From: Candidatus Heimdallarchaeota archaeon
Lineage (GTDB): Archaea > Asgardarchaeota > Heimdallarchaeia > JABLTI01
Reading direction: 5' to 3'
Assembly: GCA_019058275.1 (NCBI GenBank)
Contig: JAHLVW010000066.1
Coordinates: forward strand, 160,001-224,000
Length of the DNA: 64,000 nt
Within the stretch, counting starts at the first letter, position 1. Each line of letters starts with the position of its first letter. Made by a program: the position numbers and the translations under genes. The notes beneath the pieces are model-generated. The model saw only the letters and a list, made by a program, of their open reading frames with translations. It searched no databases and was not told the origin of the DNA. Below are positions 61,260-64,000 of the stretch, piece by piece.

Positions 61260-61688
61260 CTATAGACTGTTTATCCATGCAGGTAAGGCATCTGAAAACA
61301 ATTCATCTTCATCATTTGTCTCGATGTTATTGTAAAGTTCTTCAAGTGCATCCTTAACAAGATAGATGTTTTTTGTTGATGTAGGATAACTCATTGCAAA
61401 ATTAAGTAAAGGAAAATATTTTTCAGTTAATTGATCTACTGATTCTATAAGCATAGGATAAAGGTCATTTGGAACCGGAAGATCTTTTACCCAATCAATT
61501 GCTATTTCAACAGTAGGTAATTTTTCTTCTGCTAACAAATAAGATGCCATAGCTATACTATTAATTGCTTTTTGACATTGCTCAAAAACTGAGTTATGGT
61601 TTAAACTTCGTCTTGCTTTCATAGCAAGCTGATACTTATGCAAAGCATCAATAGCTAATTCAGATATTTTCTCATGATTAGTAATCAT
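61260..61688 (-). CDS. Hypothetical helical protein, possibly HEPN-like
   Basis: VFEQCQKAINSIAMASYLLAEEKLP resembles the HEPN N-terminal helices; weak. Confidence 0.5.
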   Translation of the reverse strand: MITNHEKISELAIDALHKYQLAMKARRSLNHNSVFEQCQKAINSIAMASYLLAEEKLPTVEIAIDWVKDLPVPNDLYPMLIESVDQLTEKYFPLLNFAMSYPTSTKNIYLVKDALEELYNNIETNDEDELFSDALPAWINSL

Positions 61689-61743
61689 TTTCCTAACCTT
61701 GTCATACTACCATTGTGTAAACAGATTAAAATACTATCTTATT

Positions 61744-62610
61744 TTATTTGCGAGACCAACTTGATATGTAATAGAGATTGCTTTTTTCAGTATTAATTTT
61801 GGGGTCATCAACAAACCATTTTCCATGAATTCCTCTTTCCTGTAATGTCAAGTCAAAATGACACATTGCTATCCCCAAATCAATTCGTTTCAGAGTTGGA
61901 ATTCTCACTTCCTTTCTCTTTAATCTTAAATGTATGTAGAAGTGATAATTATCATTTGAATCCCTTACAATTCTCCAAGGTTGCTCATTTCTAGCAGATG
62001 GTGCGATTCGAACCATTTCTAATGCTCTAGAATAAGTATCATTATCTAATTTCTCGAGAGATGTACCGAAATTATTAGAAAAGAATAATCTAGACCAAGC
62101 CTTTCTTTTTCTCGCTTTAATCCCCCAACTTAGAATAGATTCCCTAGCATCAGGATTATCTAAAGCATAACCAATAGGTGAAATTGCGGGAATATATTCA
62201 TTACCAAGAATGTTTGCTTTTTTCTCAAAATCTCTTCCAGTGAATTTTGCACCAAGCCAACAAGTGTCAAGACCTATTTCAGATGATTTTAAAATTATTT
62301 TTTCGAAATTGTAACCGAAATCTTCCAACTTGTTTTCGTTTTTATCAATAATTCCAACAATGAAGTTTTTAGCTCCAATAATCATACCATAAGTTCCTAT
62401 TCTTATTTTTTCATCAGAATTTAATGGTTCTTTATCTACAATTATAAAACGAGATTTACCATCTAAAGGTCCAACAAATGGTTCTTTTATTAGATCAGAT
62501 AATTTTCCAAGTACCTTTGCATCAATGCTATCTTTTTTGTATGTTCTTCTTGATATTCTAGACTCAATTATCTCTTCAATAGGCTTACTAAATTTCAAAT
62601 CAAAATGCAC
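61744..62610 (-). CDS. Nitroreductase family protein
   Basis: RISRRTY, GLDTCWLG, APSARNEQPW, IDLGIAMCHF. Confidence 0.92.
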   Translation of the reverse strand: MHFDLKFSKPIEEIIESRISRRTYKKDSIDAKVLGKLSDLIKEPFVGPLDGKSRFIIVDKEPLNSDEKIRIGTYGMIIGAKNFIVGIIDKNENKLEDFGYNFEKIILKSSEIGLDTCWLGAKFTGRDFEKKANILGNEYIPAISPIGYALDNPDARESILSWGIKARKRKAWSRLFFSNNFGTSLEKLDNDTYSRALEMVRIAPSARNEQPWRIVRDSNDNYHFYIHLRLKRKEVRIPTLKRIDLGIAMCHFDLTLQERGIHGKWFVDDPKINTEKSNLYYISSWSRK

Positions 62611-62660
62611 CGTTTGTAAAAAAAGAATAAGTTATGGATAAAAATATATCCATTTATCAT

Positions 62661-63278
62661 TTAATATTGCTCATCCACTTCTTCTTTGATATCATCAAGA
62701 TGCTCGAAAAGCTTTCTCCTCTTAACATCTTTTTTCTCTTCTGAAATCAAAATGCCTTCTTGTGTTGGTGGTGGTGTTATCTCTGGAATTGGTAATTGTA
62801 CTGATTTAACCATAGCATAAATACTTGCAGCCATTAGTAGTGGGAAATAAACAGCTGCATAATAGAAACCATATTGTAATTCTAAAAGAGGGTCAAAGGA
62901 CTGGTTATTCAAGAATCGAAAGAAAAGCATTGTACCTATGAAACCAATTATTGAACCAAAAAGCATGAAAGTGCTGCTGATTCTTTGAAGTTTAAAGCTT
63001 CTCCACTTATTTCTACCAGTAAAGAAAATTGAAGCAAAAATTACTACAAATCCAGTTAAAACAAGAACGAGTATTTCAATTTTGTAATCAGGAAGAGACC
63101 ACCATGCTACGCCTTCATCCGAATCCTCATCTATGCGATCATATGTATGCCATAATCCAGCAAACGATACATCTATTCTCCAAGTTATATCTTCCTCATC
63201 AGTGTATTTACTATGAGCAAATGGAAAAGCTATAATACAGAAATTAGAAAGAACAACAATTGAAAATAAAACTATCAA
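62661..63278 (-). CDS. Four-TM membrane protein with claudin/PMP22-like topology
   Basis: TM1, long loop with W..GLW, TM2, TM3, short loop, YGFYYA TM4, charged tail. Confidence 0.6.
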   Translation of the reverse strand: MIVLFSIVVLSNFCIIAFPFAHSKYTDEEDITWRIDVSFAGLWHTYDRIDEDSDEGVAWWSLPDYKIEILVLVLTGFVVIFASIFFTGRNKWRSFKLQRISSTFMLFGSIIGFIGTMLFFRFLNNQSFDPLLELQYGFYYAAVYFPLLMAASIYAMVKSVQLPIPEITPPPTQEGILISEEKKDVKRRKLFEHLDDIKEEVDEQY

Positions 63279-63399
63279 ATATGTCTATCCCTAAATCTCT
63301 CTACAGATACTGTCACTTGTTAAATTACACTCCGTTAAGTAAAATTTGATTATCAATCTTATAAACATAAGGAGACAAAAAAACTTTTGTTTTTAAAGA

Positions 63400-63440
63400 A
63401 GAAAAAATAGCGAGGTTTTGTGATCAAAGCTCAAAACCTC
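63400..63440 (-). terminator. Hairpin plus U-tract after the ABC ATPase
   Basis: GAGGTTTTG (63412-63420) / CAAAACCTC (63432-63440), with an A-rich run on its left. Confidence 0.6.
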
Positions 63441-63479
63441 TAGCGATTGATGTGGGACACTTAAGGAGTTATGTGAGTA

Positions 63480-64000
63480 TCAAGCATAACTTATTTGACC
63501 ATCAATTAGATGTAACAGAAGATCCGTTTTCTCCCAAACAAGTGGGTCGTGAGAAACAACTACTACTGTAACACCAGTATTTTGATTCAAATCTCTTAAA
63601 ATTGCAAGGATTTCATCACCAGTTTTCGTATCGAGATTGCCAGTTGGTTCATCTGCAAAAATGATTGCTGGACTATTAATTAACGCTCTAGCAATCGCAA
63701 CTCTTTGCTTTTCACCACCGCTTAATTCCTTGGGTTTATGATCAGCTCTGTCTCTTAAACCAACTTGTTCTAGAATGTTCAAAGCTTTTTCTCGATCAGC
63801 TTTACTGATGCCATCTGGTATCAAAGGTAGGAGAACATTCTCCAAAGCTGATAATGTAGGAATTAAAAGGAATTCTTGAAAGATAAAACCAATCTTATTT
63901 TTACGGATTTCTGATAATTCACGTTCTGATAAAATTGTGATATCTATTCCATCAAGGATAGCTTTTCCAGCAGATGCTGAATCCATACAACCTAAGATAT
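63480..64000 (-). CDS. LolD/MacB-type ABC ATP-binding protein (5' part outside window)
   Basis: IGFIFQ, LSGGEKQRVAIARAL, ADEPTGNLD, VSHD; frame is open to the window edge (ILGCMD). Confidence 0.93.
   Translation of the reverse strand, partial: ILGCMDSASAGKAILDGIDITILSERELSEIRKNKIGFIFQEFLLIPTLSALENVLLPLIPDGISKADREKALNILEQVGLRDRADHKPKELSGGEKQRVAIARALINSPAIIFADEPTGNLDTKTGDEILAILRDLNQNTGVTVVVVSHDPLVWEKTDLLLHLIDGQISYA

Noticed and set aside
1-64000. CRISPR array, tRNA/rRNA, IS element or provirus
   Set aside because: No periodic repeat-spacer pattern, GC-rich structural RNA, transposase, integrase or capsid-like ORF was seen by eye.

Overview
AT-rich, gene-dense archaeal chromosomal window with no rRNA, tRNA, CRISPR array or recognisable transposase. 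Core genes (eIF6-rpl18a-pfdA-ftsY, PAN, A/V-ATPase D, korDABC, pckA, hisC) sit alongside an Arf-family GTPase, longin-like proteins, a PCI-like protein and PGF/PGY-TM-basic-tail surface proteins. This mix points to an Asgard archaeon, probably Heimdallarchaeia (inference). The best candidate for an undescribed system is a secreted, surface-anchored phospholipase D-Ig-lamin-tail protein (8946-10976) bracketed on the same strand by two unannotated cytoplasmic ~150-aa proteins that align as divergent paralogues. Other highlights are an Arf-longin/roadblock fusion, a HEAT-PCI protein, a claudin/PMP22-like four-TM protein, a membrane glycoside hydrolase-GNAT-glycogen-synthase-like cluster and an ABC exporter with a degenerate ATPase. 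The ORF track misses a 47-aa zinc ribbon gene. Several accessory genes carry single in-frame stops or frameshifts while core genes are intact. All calls come from reading motifs by eye; no searches were run.
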